NCBI RefSeq assembly: GCF_009914755.1
Contig: NC_060926.1
DNA from: the human T2T-CHM13v2.0 reference genome, Homo sapiens
DNA length: 64,000 nt
Reading direction: 5' to 3' (one strand)
Position 1 is the stretch's first letter. Each line of letters opens with the position of its first letter. The notes beneath the pieces are model-generated. The model was not told the DNA's origin, searched no databases, and saw only the letters and a list, made by a program, of their open reading frames with translations. Positions 29,651 to 43,033 of this stretch are shown piece by piece. The translations under genes and the position numbers were made by a program.

Positions 29651-32600
29651 CATCGTTAATTTAAACACCCTTCAAGTCCTCTCTTGGAATGCTGCTCAGA
29701 AAAATAGATGTATTGTTTGAGAAACCCTGCAGGCTTGTCCCGCATGCTCTAGCCCCCTCCTGAGAGAACAGATAGCATAAAAAATGATTTGTAAAGCAAG
29801 GGGGAGCTTCCTTAGGGAAGAAGGGGAAGGGGAAGAGGGTTTGGGGCCAGGTCCGAGTGCAGAAATCCTCAATGCATGAGACTAGCGTGGAAGGTGTAGC
29901 AATTGTGCTCTGGGGTGCCTGAAAGTGCCAGAGCTGCTTCAGGGGCAAGAGTCCAGGCCCCAAGTCCATGCTGATGAGCCCACCCTGGGGGTCAGGAATG
30001 GCCTCAGCAGGCCCTCCCTCCCTCCCTCTCCACCCTACAAAGTGAGGAGCCTTGAGTCACCACCAGCACATTATACAACAATACAAGAACCCTGCAACAG
30101 ATAAAGCCCCAGCGCCTCTTCTGGACTCAGATGCCCTAGGCTGGCTGTCTGGCTGTGCTTTCCAGACAGTGTGTATGTGGAATTGTGCTTTTTGTTTTTT
30201 AAGAATGTAAAAAGTTACAGTAAGATCGAACCACAGGGCCCGTCGCTCCTATGGTCTCTGCCTGACTGGGCTGCCGTCTGCCTCAGTTCCCCAGAAGCTT
30301 CTCCTTTGGCCATGAGGGCTCAGTCATCCCTCACCCCAGAGTCCACAGGAAGAGGGGGTCTGCTGGGAGGCCTGTCTGAAGGACGGAGGATCCTGGGTCA
30401 ATTTAGCAGCTATTTTCCAGGGTTTGGCTTGGGTTTGGATGCTGGCTTCTGTGTGAAACCTGAATACATGCAAATTGTACATAAAACTCCCCCAAGGCAG
30501 AGAGGGATTTTCCAGGCCCTGGTACATCTCTAGAGAGTTAAAAATGGGAAATCTTTCTTCTTAAAGTGGCCCAGACTGAGACTTTTCCTTGGGGAAAAGG
30601 GTTAGTAGCTCTTTGTAAGGCTGGTGTGTATGTGTGTGTGTATATATATATACATATATGCATGATGCTGTGCAAATGCCCAGGGCTGTCTGGCATTTTC
30701 CACAAAATGAGAGCCTGAGATTGCCTAAGCCTTCTGATGCCTTCTCCAGGCCTGGAGGCACTGCTTCATTCAGAGGACACAAAGGCCTGACCACCTGGCT
30801 TTAGCAAGCTAGGACACCCAGGGTGGCTTCTTTACCTTTCTCCTCAGCTCTGAGAAGGCTGCTAGCCAAGACTCTGGATTCTCTGTGGCCACAGTCATAT
30901 GGTGAGGGCCTCTTGGAGTTCATTCAAACTTTAAGGGAGCCCCACAGCACCGGCATGATGGGTAAGTCCAGGCCTAAGGTTAGGAAGCAAATCCTGGAGC
31001 ATGAGGAAATTGTAGGCTACAGTGAGCTACCAGTGGTGTGCAAACTGGAGACCCCCAAGACAGTGAGAGAGGCCACAGCATCTGAGGGAATGGAGCTCTT
31101 TCTTGGCCTGAGGTTCAGAAGAACCTGCACCAAAGAAAGGCATCCCTATCAATGTCACTGTTCCTGAAATGATGGGAGAACCACATCCCTGCTTCAGGGA
31201 AGCAGTCCCTGTCGTCTGGGGCGCTGAGCCCTTTGGCCTGAGATGAAGGATGATGGTGTGATGTATCATGGCAGTGTGACTGAGACTGGATTGGGGGATG
31301 GGGACAGGGGAACATAGGCAAAAATACACATGTGCCACTGGATCCTGAGCTGCCATTGTACCTTGGAGGACTGGCGTTTCTCTGGGAAGTTGGGAGGTGG
31401 GAAGAGGAAGGGTCTCATTTTCCTGCCCCTTGAAACCATGCTTACCATTCCTTTAGAAGATTGCTCAAGCTGCCTCCAATTGCCTCTTTCCAAAACCAAA
31501 GCATAGGAAAACAAGTAAAAACAGCTGAGGCTGCAGCATAAGCAACTTAGGATAGAGTCTAGGAAGCACCGCCAACAGAGAAGACTGCCAAGAAACATTT
31601 TGAGTTTTTCTTCTCTGGAGGTGGGTCCTGGTTCCTCCCATGGAGACCACGATTCTGTGTAGTCCTGCACGCTGGGCGGGGGATTGCCTGGAGGTTTCTT
31701 TAGACCTGTCTAGCTCACACAGTCTTGATGCCTGGGTTTTAGGCTGCTGTACTGTTGCTGGGGCTCACTTCCTGTGGGTAGGCTGTTATTTTGCCCGCAG
31801 ATCAAGTCCTCACTGTCTAGATGCCTCTATCATGGGGATCTCTTCTTCCCTCTCTGGATGGCTCTGATCCCCAAGTTATTTCCTGTTGCCTAGGTAACAC
31901 CTCTAATTGGATGCCTTTTAATCGTTCCCTTTTTTAAAGGGATAAATGTGGATTTTATTTCCAGGTCCTGTCAGAGGGCCCTGCCCTAGAGAACACGTGC
32001 GCCCCTGCGTGGGCAATCCCTTCACTGTGACCGCAACCATGGGTTGGATGGGGGGCACTCACTGGGCTGGCCTGACAGTCACAGTGAATCCTGAAAGCAT
32101 GGTTTTCACAGGAACCCACCTTCAGGATTTAGCAAGACTGACGTCTCTCCTGGCCAGCGCTGCTTCACTGGCTTCACCCCAGATTAGGGCCTGTGTTTAA
32201 AAACCAATCCCAACTCAAATCAGAAATTACCCAAAATAGCTGGAGAGTCACTGAGATCTCAGGTAAGCTTTCCCTTCCTGCCATGAACTAGAAGGGGAAA
32301 GAAGAGTTTGACATTCAAGTTTGACTCTAATGCTGGGTGCGTGAGCGCATGCGTGCATGTTTGTGTGTGTGTGTGTTCCACGCACATTTGCCAGGGAGAG
32401 AGATTTCACAGCATGGCTCCAGCTGGAGGCGGTGAGGCGGTGCTTTTCTAAGACTTCCTATCAGAAGCTGTGCATACTGGTGGGTCACGCCGTGCCTGTA
32501 TAAACTCTGGCACCTGTCCTTGCCCTCATCATATATGAGAAAAATGGGCAGAGAGAGTGTTCGTTTACACCCCCAGACCACTATCCTTTCAATGAAGCCT

Positions 32601-33851
32601 GGGTATCTGGCCTTCCTCCAGGTCAGGGACCCCCTATGCTGCAGAAGGCAAGTCTGGGAGAATCTGTCCCTCAGCCCGAGAGCAAAACTGTAATCCTAAC
32701 ATTACTTCCATCCACCAGTTTCACCAGCTACCTCCCTCCTGCCTTCCTCTGCCTCCAATAGGCTGTGCATGGAGAAGACAAATCCTCTTGATAAACAATA
32801 TTTAGAAAGGGATTCTATCTTTCCTGACCCCAAACACATCATGGCCTCTGGAGCCAAATACCCTGACATTTGCAAGATGGCTTCTTTTGGGTTCCTGGTG
32901 CTGCAGGCCCTGGTTCCCAAGGACGCAGCTGGCAGAGGTGCCTCCTTCAGAGGAGGAGGAGGAGAAGCTGGAGGGCTGCGCCCGGCAACCCCATGATCTC
33001 TTAAAGGGGGAAAAGTTGAACTGATCAACAGTAGTTAAGAAAAAAAAAATCCACACCAACAAATAAATATCTTGTCTGAGAAGACTCAGATATTCCTGGT
33101 TAATATTGAAAAGCACTGCTGTGGATGAGCTTGTGAAAGAAAGGACGGTTGGGGGATTCAAGATCTGCCGATCCGAGCCTGGAGATCAGCCAGCTAAAAG
33201 CCCAGCAGGGCTCCTGCAGCCTCACCGCTCCCCTCCTCACAGGTGCCCTGGACCGCCCACCATTAGAAGTAGCTGCCCTGTGCTCTGTGCTAAATGGACT
33301 AACTCTGAGCTGAGAAAGGCCAGCTAAGCCCCTCACCACTGCAATTTCCAAATCTGGGGGAAATGCCACAGTCCGCAAGTTGGTGCTATGTTTCATCTCA
33401 TTGCATAATACTACACCATTCTCTGTGTGTAGTGGCTGTTCTATATATATACATCGGGAGGCAACATATGGCTGTCCCAACCCCCACCTGTCAAAACTGT
33501 GACTATATCACTTCTGACGACCAGAAGGAAGCTGCTAGGCTGGGCCAGGATTCTAAATGCTGAGGAGGTAATTCAGAGCCACGAAAAGTTGCACCATATG
33601 CTTTGGGGTTGCCGGCTGCTTCTGTGCATGGGGACGGGGTTTAGTGCCAGTCTGCAAAACCCTCCTCGCTGCGGTATGCCCTGGGTGTGGGCCTGGGGGG
33701 CCACGTTTTCTCTCCCTGAAGGAGAATCTGCTGGGGGCCACGGTTCTCCAAGAGGGGACTCACAAGGAACACAGGCGTCCCCAAAACCTGCCCTTGATAA
33801 CATCAGGCCTGGCCAAATAGTATTTCTTTAAAAAAATTTTTTTTGTTTCAT

Positions 33852-33857
33852 TTTATT
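33852..33857 (-). terminator. KCNK12: KCNK12 proximal poly(A) signal AATAAA
   Basis: tttatt on the + strand, about 100 nt downstream of the stop codon. Confidence 0.75.
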
Positions 33858-33869
33858 GGATAAAGATTA

Positions 33870-34980
33870 AGAAAGCGCCAGCAGTGACTGAGAGAAGCAA
33901 ACCACGCCCGGCGGCCCCGCGGCCTGGAGAGGGTCCCCGGCGCGGGCGGACGGGCGGTCTACCTGGAGGCGCTGGTCTCGGCCAGCCGGTTGTTCATGAT
34001 GCCCAGCGCGCCCACGCCGCCCGAGAAGCCGTTCTGGCGCGTGTTGACGCACACGCTGCGCGGGTAGCCGTTGGCCGTCTCCGACAGCTGCTTCTGCAGC
34101 AGCGCCAGCGACACCTTGTTGGAGGCCGTGAGGTCGCGCATGGAGATGAGCTCGCCCGAGAGGCGGCGGCCCTCGGCGTCGCTGTCGCGGGCCGCGGGGT
34201 CGGCACCGAGCGCGGCCAGGCGGCGGCGCAGCCGGGAGCCTGGGGTGATGGCATTGCGCCGGGCCAGGGGCGCGCCAGGAGCCGGGCAGCAGCGCGCGCA
34301 GCAGCGGCAGCTCAGCTTGCGCAGCATCCAGTTGAGCACCTGCTTGATGAGGATGGAGATGACGTTGAAGAGCGAGTAAATGCAGCACACGCCGAGCAGG
34401 ATGAAGAGGAAGTTGCCCAGGCGGTAGAGCCCCTGGTTCCGGTAGGCGGCGTGCTGGCTGCTCACCAGGTCCCCGAAGCCGATGGTGCTGAAGGTGACGA
34501 AGCAGAAGTAGAGCGAGTCCACGTAGTCCCAGCCCTCCACGCTGGTGTACATGGCCGAGGCGCAGCAGGACAGCAGCACGGCGAACAGGCCCAGGATGAG
34601 CAGCACGTGGTACACCGAGGGCTTCCAGCCCGCCAGGCTGTCGGCCTCCGAGAGCGCGGAGCCGCGGCGGAAGGTGGCGGGCAGCAGGCCGCTGCGGCGC
34701 AGCTGGCGCTCCCGGCAGGCGCGCATGATGAAGGCCAGCAGCGAGATGATGCGCTCCAGGAAGAGGTTGAAGAACAGGATGGTCCCAGCGCAGCCGAACA
34801 GCCCGTAGGCGATGAGGAAGGCCTTCCCGCCCACCGTCGCGGGGGTGGTCATGCCGAAACCTGTGGAGACAGGGCAGGGTCAGCGCGGTCCTGGCCGCGC
34901 AGGTGGTCCTCACTGGGCGAGGGTGGGGGGTGTGGGGGCGGGGGCATGCAGGTGCTTGCGCGGCTCCTATCTCGAGTGGC
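33870..34980. promoter_or_regulatory. CpG island covering KCNK12 exon 2
   Basis: Very high GC and dense CpG against CpG-depleted flanks. Confidence 0.9.
33959..34860 (-). CDS. KCNK12: KCNK12 (THIK-2, K2P12.1) terminal coding exon 2: end of P1, M2, M3, P2, M4 and C-terminus
   Basis: The minus-strand acceptor reads ctgaccctgccctgtctccacag|GT TTC GGC ATG, splitting the Gly of the P1 GFG. P2 is YFCFVTFSTIGFGDLV, and TAG is at 33961-33959. The 902 coding nt fit a 430-aa protein with a 391-nt exon 1. On that numbering the M2 residues in GCAGTI are A155 and I158, the known THIK-2 gain-of-function positions. Confidence 0.97.
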
Positions 34981-35539
34981 ACCACTCAGGTGGAGGAAGA
35001 ACAGCACTTAGTCATTTATCTCCCTTGGTGGCACTTAATAGGTTTCCTGATCTTGGCAGCCCCTAAACTGATGGAGGAGACATGGCCCTTCATCTTGGGG
35101 ACCTATAAACCCAAGTGGTTGGGACAGGTAGTCACTAGGAAGGACCCATCATGACACAAAAAATAGAAACCACTGCTGCACAGGTGCAAACCACTGAGCT
35201 ACCCACAAAGCCAACAAGGGACACCTGCTCTCCCACTCCTCCAAATTTTTTTTTAAAAACTGTCATCTTTATTTTAGTTCATAAATACATTAATATACTA
35301 GTCTAGGTGAGTTTTGTTGGGTGAATTACAAATATTTACATTAGAAATCAAAACCAACATAGATCTCTTCAAAGATATCTAGCTTCTTATGTGCTTGTGC
35401 ACTTTTTATACCAGTCTTGTTACTTGGAAACTCCACTGCCTACTTGAGAATGGTGAAAAAAGCCAAGTAATCTTAGTGCTGTGACTAATTTTCACTTTAC
35501 AGGCACTTCGAAAAGGCCTTTGGTCAAACGATCATATTT

Positions 35540-35690
35540 TCTTTTTTGGGGGGATAGGTTCTTTGTCACCCAGGCTGGATGCAGTGGTACAATCATAGCT
35601 CACTGCAGCTTTAAACTCCTGGGCTCAAGTGATCCTTCCACCTCAGCCTCCCAAGTGATAGGACTGCAGGTGTATGCCACCATGTCCAGT
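35540..35690 (-). mobile_element. Alu monomer (FRAM or AluJ arm)
   Basis: Single arm only. Confidence 0.8.
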
Positions 35691-37344
35691 GAATTCTTTG
35701 TTATTTTTTCTAATGGCAGAGAAAGGACCATATTTTCTTAGTCTGCCAACATTTCATGCCTCTGGAATTGGGCCTAAGGCCAAGTGGGTAGTCCGTCACT
35801 TCCCTAGTTCTTACAGTGTGAATATGGGGTGACAAGAAAATGTGCATTTCAAATCAATTCCCAGATGACTCCAAAGTCTTACATACTAGAATAGCAGACT
35901 TTTCTGTTCAAAGGGCAGTTTTTAAAGAGTTGTCATATGTGCCCAATTTTTTTTCCCAAGTGTGCCATAGATTTTCGGTCCCTCCCTGTTATTAAAAAAA
36001 AAATCAGTTTACCAACTCTGCCTACTAACTAAAGGACCCCAAAATTAAGTGTCAGTGCTCAAAAGTCAACTGCAGCTCCTCTTCTTTCCTCAAGTTATTT
36101 GGAATTGTGAGTGAATCCGAGCCGAACAACTGTTGACTACGAGTTTTTCTCCAAAAGCCTGGTTTTTAAATGTAACCTGTAGTACACCTGGGCAGACAGC
36201 CTTGTTAGGGAAGCATTCCATAGGGCTTTGCCTTAATTGGGATTGTTCACTCTGGGACCAGGTAGAGTGTAACCAGGTAGCTAGAGTTAATGGTCTCTGA
36301 AAAGAGCTTTGTGAGGCTGACAAAAGGATTGCTTGAGAGTAGTCCACCCACACCCTTCAGAGACTGAGCATGGCTCTGCCATTGGGTGCCGGCTCCTTCT
36401 CAACCAAGGATCACCATCAGTCATCCTTGCTCACACTTGTGGCCAAAGAAAGGCTCTGGCCCAGCTGGGTCCTGTGCTGCTGGTATATCAAATTGCTTTG
36501 TTCTGGGAGGTCTATACAACTGCGTATTGCTTCAGGCCCTTATCGTTGTTAACTTACCACTTGTTCAAAGCACAGGCTTTAAGGGTGTCTTTATCAATTG
36601 ATTTCTGCAGAAGGTGTGGCTGCCTGCCAGTGTGCTCGCCCATGCCATCCAGGGCAGTGCAGAGTGGCAGCTCTGCCTCTCAACTGAGCTCCCTGCCCAG
36701 TGCTGGCTGTGGTCTGTGGGACCCGTGGTTGCCTGACTCTGGTTATGGGAGGGGGTTTCATCTCTTGGTGGAAAGATTCACTTACTGCTTGGAGTCTGAG
36801 CTGAAAAAATGGATCATTTGAGCAGCACCATGATACTGTTCAGCAAGTCTGGCAGCGATCAGGGGCATCCCTGTTTAATTTGTGCCCTATGGCAGAAGGG
36901 CTACCTGTGCTCTGCCAGTGGGGTGGGGCCAGCCCTGGGAAAGTGGAGAAGAGTTTGTCCTATGTGGCTTACTAGTTTCCTAAACAGACTATAGAAAATA
37001 TTTCTTGTAATACTTTCAGAGTACATTCCTTAAGCCTATGTGCTAACAATCATTTTCTAGACTGTCTGAAGGAAATGCCCAGTTGCCCGAGTGTGGTGTT
37101 GATCTTACGCTTAATGACTCAGGTGAGGGGAAAATCTTATGATGTTACCCATGTTGAGGAAGATGGATTATGTCCCTAGATTTACAGAAAGTGAAAAAAA
37201 CCAAAATAGCTGTGTAACCAAGAACTTGATAGAGGGATTTTGCTACATTTTAAAGCCACACTCAAGTTCTTGAGTTTATAAAGAAATCAGCTCTGAATTT
37301 ACATGGCTATAAGTGGAGTGGGAGTATATGTGTATATTTATAAA

Positions 37345-37820
37345 ACGTTTTAGACCAGTAACCTAAATGTCTAACAACACAACTAAATGATTGTCTATTC
37401 ATAAAAAGGAAAACTATACAGCAATTAAAAAGCATGAACCATAGCTACTTGAAACAACATGGATAAATCTCACAAAAAGAATGTGGAACAAAATAAGCTG
37501 GACACAAAATAATACATTCTGCATTATTCCATTAACATAAAATTCAAAATCAGGCCAAACTACAGCCTTTTTTAGGGATGCATGCATGGTTGGTAAAATT
37601 ATAAGGGAAAGCAAGGAAGTAATTTTGATAAAAGTCAGAATTGGGATTTCCTCTAGAGCATGGCAGGGGGTAGTAGCTGAGAGGGGACATAGGGGACCTC
37701 TGGGGTGCTAGAAATGTTTTTGTTGACCTGGGTGGTAGTTACATGTGTGTTAGCTGTGTAATAATCTGTTAAATTGTATGTTTTGTGAGTTTTTTTGTAC
37801 TCATAGTGAGAAAAAAATTT
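37345..37820 (+). mobile_element. L1ME-type 3' fragment
   Basis: acctaaatgt...aacaacatggataaatctcac...aaattcaaaa. Confidence 0.75.
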
Positions 37821-39124
37821 TAAACTTCTAGACTGTTAGAACTCTCAGATACCCAATTCTGACGTACCCATCACTGTATAGGTGAGGGAGTAGGGGCTGA
37901 GGGGCTGTGACCTGCATGTTGGGGACAGACTCCCACCTCTTTGTCCTGGCTTCAAGCCTGGTGCATAGATCGGTATACAGAACACTGCATCTACTCACTG
38001 AGGGAACACAAAGTCTCTTATAGAAGGATAACTCTGTTAAATTCCTAAGGTAATTGAAAATCCTGGGCCTGGAAAACCAATACTTTGTCTAACTAAGAAA
38101 ATACTGAATTGGATTTTTCAGCTAAAGCCTCAAAGCTGAGAACAGTATGTGTACATTTCTCCCCATTCTAAAGAGAAGTTCCAGACACATCCATGCTGGA
38201 CTTAATAAAACAGCAAAACAGGTCTGGGGCTAGCAACCCCCCACACCCCCACCTCCAGGCTGTACGGAAAGGCTGGGGATTGATGGGATCTTCCATCAGT
38301 TGGGAAGTTGTTATGGGTAGTTGTTGTGGCAGTGGAGAGTGCTGTGGATTCTTTCACTCACCCCCAGGCCAGGGGATGGTTGGAGCAGGGAAGGTCAAGA
38401 GGACTTATGGAGTGTCAGCAAGAGCCCGGCAGCTCACTTCCTAGCTGGCTGGGCACAGCCGCTCACAGGCCTACCCAGAGTGGAGCATGGTGAGGGTTCT
38501 GGGAGAACCCGGCAGTGTCCCCTGGAGTCCAGAGCTGTGCTGGAGAGTTCTCTGGGTGGGAGGCTGACTGGGGCAGCCCCCACAGGCAGGGGAGGAAGAG
38601 GGCAGTCCCAGGGGCCATCTGTACTTCAAGGGCTTGCTTCATCAGGAGATGTGAGGGTGACATGGGTCACCAGAGGGTGACAAGTGGATACTGAAAGGAA
38701 GAGATCTGAAGAGACTGCTCAAGAGGGCTGCCTGCTGGAGCAAGGGGGCCCTAGGAAGAAGAGGCTGAGGGGCAGAGGGCTGGGGACAGCATGAGAGGGA
38801 GTCACAGGAGGAGGGATGGAGAGGGCAGTGCCCACTCAGGGAATGGGGCAGGGAGTGGTCCCTGTGCAGGGCTCCCAAGGACCCATAAATAGATGCCGTG
38901 AAAGCACATATGCCTGTTCTAACAGGGAGCCTTGCAGCCCCACCAGCAAAAGTTAAGAAGGAATGATAGTGGCTCCAGTGATGTAAGATCACCCCCATGC
39001 CCCATCCACTGCGGGTCCCCTGAGCCATGTGTCAGCCCAGAGCTAGAGGGGGAGGCTAAATAAGCTCTGATTAGAAGTGAATTTGAAGATTTGATTAAAC
39101 AACTGAGAACGAGTCTCAATCTTA

Positions 39125-39979
<855 letters not shown>

Positions 39980-42845
39980 CTAACAATGCTGGCCCTGCCT
40001 GCATCATCGCATGTCATCATGACAACCTATGGGGGAGAACAGCTCCATTCAACAGATGCAGAAACTGCAGGTTAAAGGGTGAAAAGCAGTTGCGAAGTCC
40101 CCACAGCTTGGAAATGGTGGAGCCGAGACTGAAACCCAGGTGTGCTAGCATCTAAAGTTCATGCTCTTTCCACCACATTAGACTGTATTCTGAGGGCACC
40201 AAGGAAGCTCCATTTTTCTTAAGAAACCAAATTGCAGTCCTCCAGGACCACAGCCAGGGGAGCATCTTCGTGGGAGAGTGGCTGCTGCTCAGAGTTGTGA
40301 CTCCCATCCTTAAGAGTCCTCTGTCCTCTCTGGCCTCCTTTCTACTGATCATTGCTGTCCCCTTCACAGGGGAGAGGGGCCATGGCCTATCCCCTAAAGA
40401 GTCTGCCAAGGTAGACTCATAACCTCCCCGTGGCACAGCTCAGACAAGCTGGGCTATTTACATAAGACTTGACCCAGGGCTTGAGGACAGCGCGAGGAAT
40501 GAGGTGCAGAGGAGACTGCTGCTTCTGGGTGACAGTCTGCCTGGCTGACCACAGCTGGGGTACTCATTGGCCTCTTGAGGCCCCCCACAGGCCTGCCCTG
40601 CCTGACCTACTCTTGTGAGGCCAAGGCCATCTCCTCCACTCTCTGGGGGCCTCTTCTGACTCCTCCAAACTCTTCCATGTCTGGACTCCTGGCTTCTGCC
40701 CAAGGCCATCTATTGGAGTTTGGGTTTCCAGTTGAGGATCTGCCTTTTTCCTGGATGACCAAACCTAGAATGTGACCGGCCTCATGCTCCCTCCTCACAA
40801 GGGTGTGGCTTTATCCGAGGGCCTCAGCAAGGCAACCAACACCAGACATGAAGCTGGTAAGACCAACATCCACCTATTCATTCCTTCAGCAAACATTTAC
40901 TGTGGACAGCATCAGGTTGGCAGTATCATGCAAGGCTCAGAAATATGGTGGAAAACCAGACAGATGCAGTTCCTGTCCTCAGTCTCTAGGCTGCCTTCCT
41001 AGAGGCCCCTCACTGGGTTTCTTAGCAGTTTTGTACAGATCCTACCCCCTTTGCTGCCAGCAGGCTCACCTCTGGGACAGGGCGCATATAGTCTGGGCCA
41101 GAACTTGTCCTGGGGTCTTCTTACGGCCCTGGTTCAGCTTGCATTCAGCATAACAACTTAGCTAGGGAGTGCTGCAGGCCCCAAATGATGCTAAATACTA
41201 GACTAGCTGTGTAACACCATCTGCCCAGAATGAAGGGACAGGTGAGGCAGAAGGGTCTCCGACAGCGCACAGGGCAACCAGTGAAAGCGTCCTTACTGTC
41301 CTGTTCCTGAGGTCTCTCTGTGCCTGCTTTACTGCCCTTCGCTTTCCTACAGAGCACACTCAGCTCATCCTGGGAGACAAGGTGGGGGTGGAGGATGGTC
41401 CATCCTTCTTCCGCATCAAGGTCAGTAGGTTCAGAGCTCTGGGGGGGTGCTGAGACCCTGGGACAGGCTTCCTGCTGAGGGCACTGGGGCCTATGCTTGT
41501 GCCACTGCCTAGCCAGTTGCCTCCCAGAGTAGAGAAGCAGTCTCCCAAGCTCTTGCAATTTGTGGGGAGCCAAGCTGCTCTGGAGAGGGGCCTCAAAGCT
41601 TCAGCCAGAGAAAAGGCAAACCCAGCCACCCTGAGAATCTCCTCCTCCCCCTCAATCACACCCTGCAGAGGCGTGATCTGTCCCTGGGTTCGCACCAAGC
41701 CTGCTATTTTGTTTATGCCACAATTGATCTGCCATCCCAGTTTGCAAAGAGCAGACACTTGGGGGCTTTATTATGCCACTTTGACAAAAGCTGTGAAGCT
41801 CGTTCCCACAGCCTGTCTGGTGCCGCCTTCGCAAATGGGGCCCTGGTGATGGGGCCTTCGGAGTTCAGCTCAGAGAGCATGGAAGTGAGATGGAGAGGCC
41901 AGCACTGATCTGTATCGTGCAGCCCTGGGCGGCAGCCTCGGTTGGGCCCTTGACACACTCCTCCCATCCAGGCCCCCAGCCACCCTGTGAGGGAGGCACT
42001 ATTACGCCCAAAAATGCAGGCAAGGAAATGGGCTGAGGGAGGGGAAGCATTCACTGAAGTTAGTTTGTACGTGGCTGAGCTGGCCCTGAAGCCCATGCCC
42101 TTTCCACTTGCCAGACAGATGGGAAGTCTTGACTCATTACCCGCTGGAGACTTTTCCTGCTGGGCTCTGCACTGTCAACTGTGAGAGAGGGAAATAAAAC
42201 GTACTGTACAGTCCAATCTGGGATACTTCTGAGAGTGAAAGTGGCTCTACTAGTAATTACCCCAGGACAGCATGTATAAACCAGGGCTGTTCCAAGCAAC
42301 TGGGACACATGATTAAAATGCAGATTCCATGGCAGGTCCCGCTCAGAGGTTTATTTAGTGGGTCAGAAAATGGGCCCAGGAATTTCATTTTAACAAATGT
42401 CTCCAGATAAATCTGATGTAAATGGAATATTCCTTTAAGAATGCCATTCCTTTAAGAAATAATGTTAATAAGGTATTCCAGATGACCCTATTGGTTGGAA
42501 TCTGTCCAACTACAAATATTTTGATTTAAATTTCCATTGACCTAAAATTTTTGTGGTGGGCACTGCAGCTCTCTCCTTACCAATCATTCTCCCAGCCTGT
42601 ACTATATTGAGTAGCAGCCAGGCTACTTGGAGAACAGACTGAACTCCAGGAATGGGCTCTATTAGTCTAGGCCAATCAGGATAATCCAGTTCCTTACCAT
42701 GACTGGCTCAAGAATGGGTAGACCTAAGTCAATCAGTGCAGAGCATTTTCATGACTACAGAGAAACCATGGGAAGGCTGAGGCGTGGACTCAGTGGGCAG
42801 GGATGGAAAAAGACTCAGAAATACTGGGCATGGCCCATGGCTCAT

Positions 42846-43033
42846 TAGGGTTGCCAGGTAAAATACAGAACACCCAGTTAAATATGACTTGGGTAAACAA
42901 GAAATCATTTTTTAAGTATAAGTATGTCCCAAATATTGCATAGGACATACTTATACTAAAATATAGTTGATTATCTGAAATTCAAATTTCACTGGGCATG
43001 CTGTCTTTTTATTTCCTAAACCTGGCAACCCTA
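42846..43033. mobile_element. MER53 palindromic DNA transposon
   Basis: TIRs tagggttgccagg / cctggcaacccta, flanking ctcat duplication, central hairpin. Confidence 0.88.

Noticed and set aside
30624-32385. Short alternating purine-pyrimidine runs (30624-30662 and 32336-32376) as Z-DNA
   Set aside because: They are short, interrupted or TA-rich, and such runs are common.
34484-34492. REST/RE1 left half-site (TTCAGCACC, minus strand)
   Set aside because: No GGACAG right half at a suitable spacing; explained by the Phe-Ser-Thr codons of the pore loop.
33884-35011. 375-aa plus-strand ORF
   Set aside because: It is the antisense shadow of the GC3-rich KCNK12 codons, with a non-ATG start and no recognisable domain.
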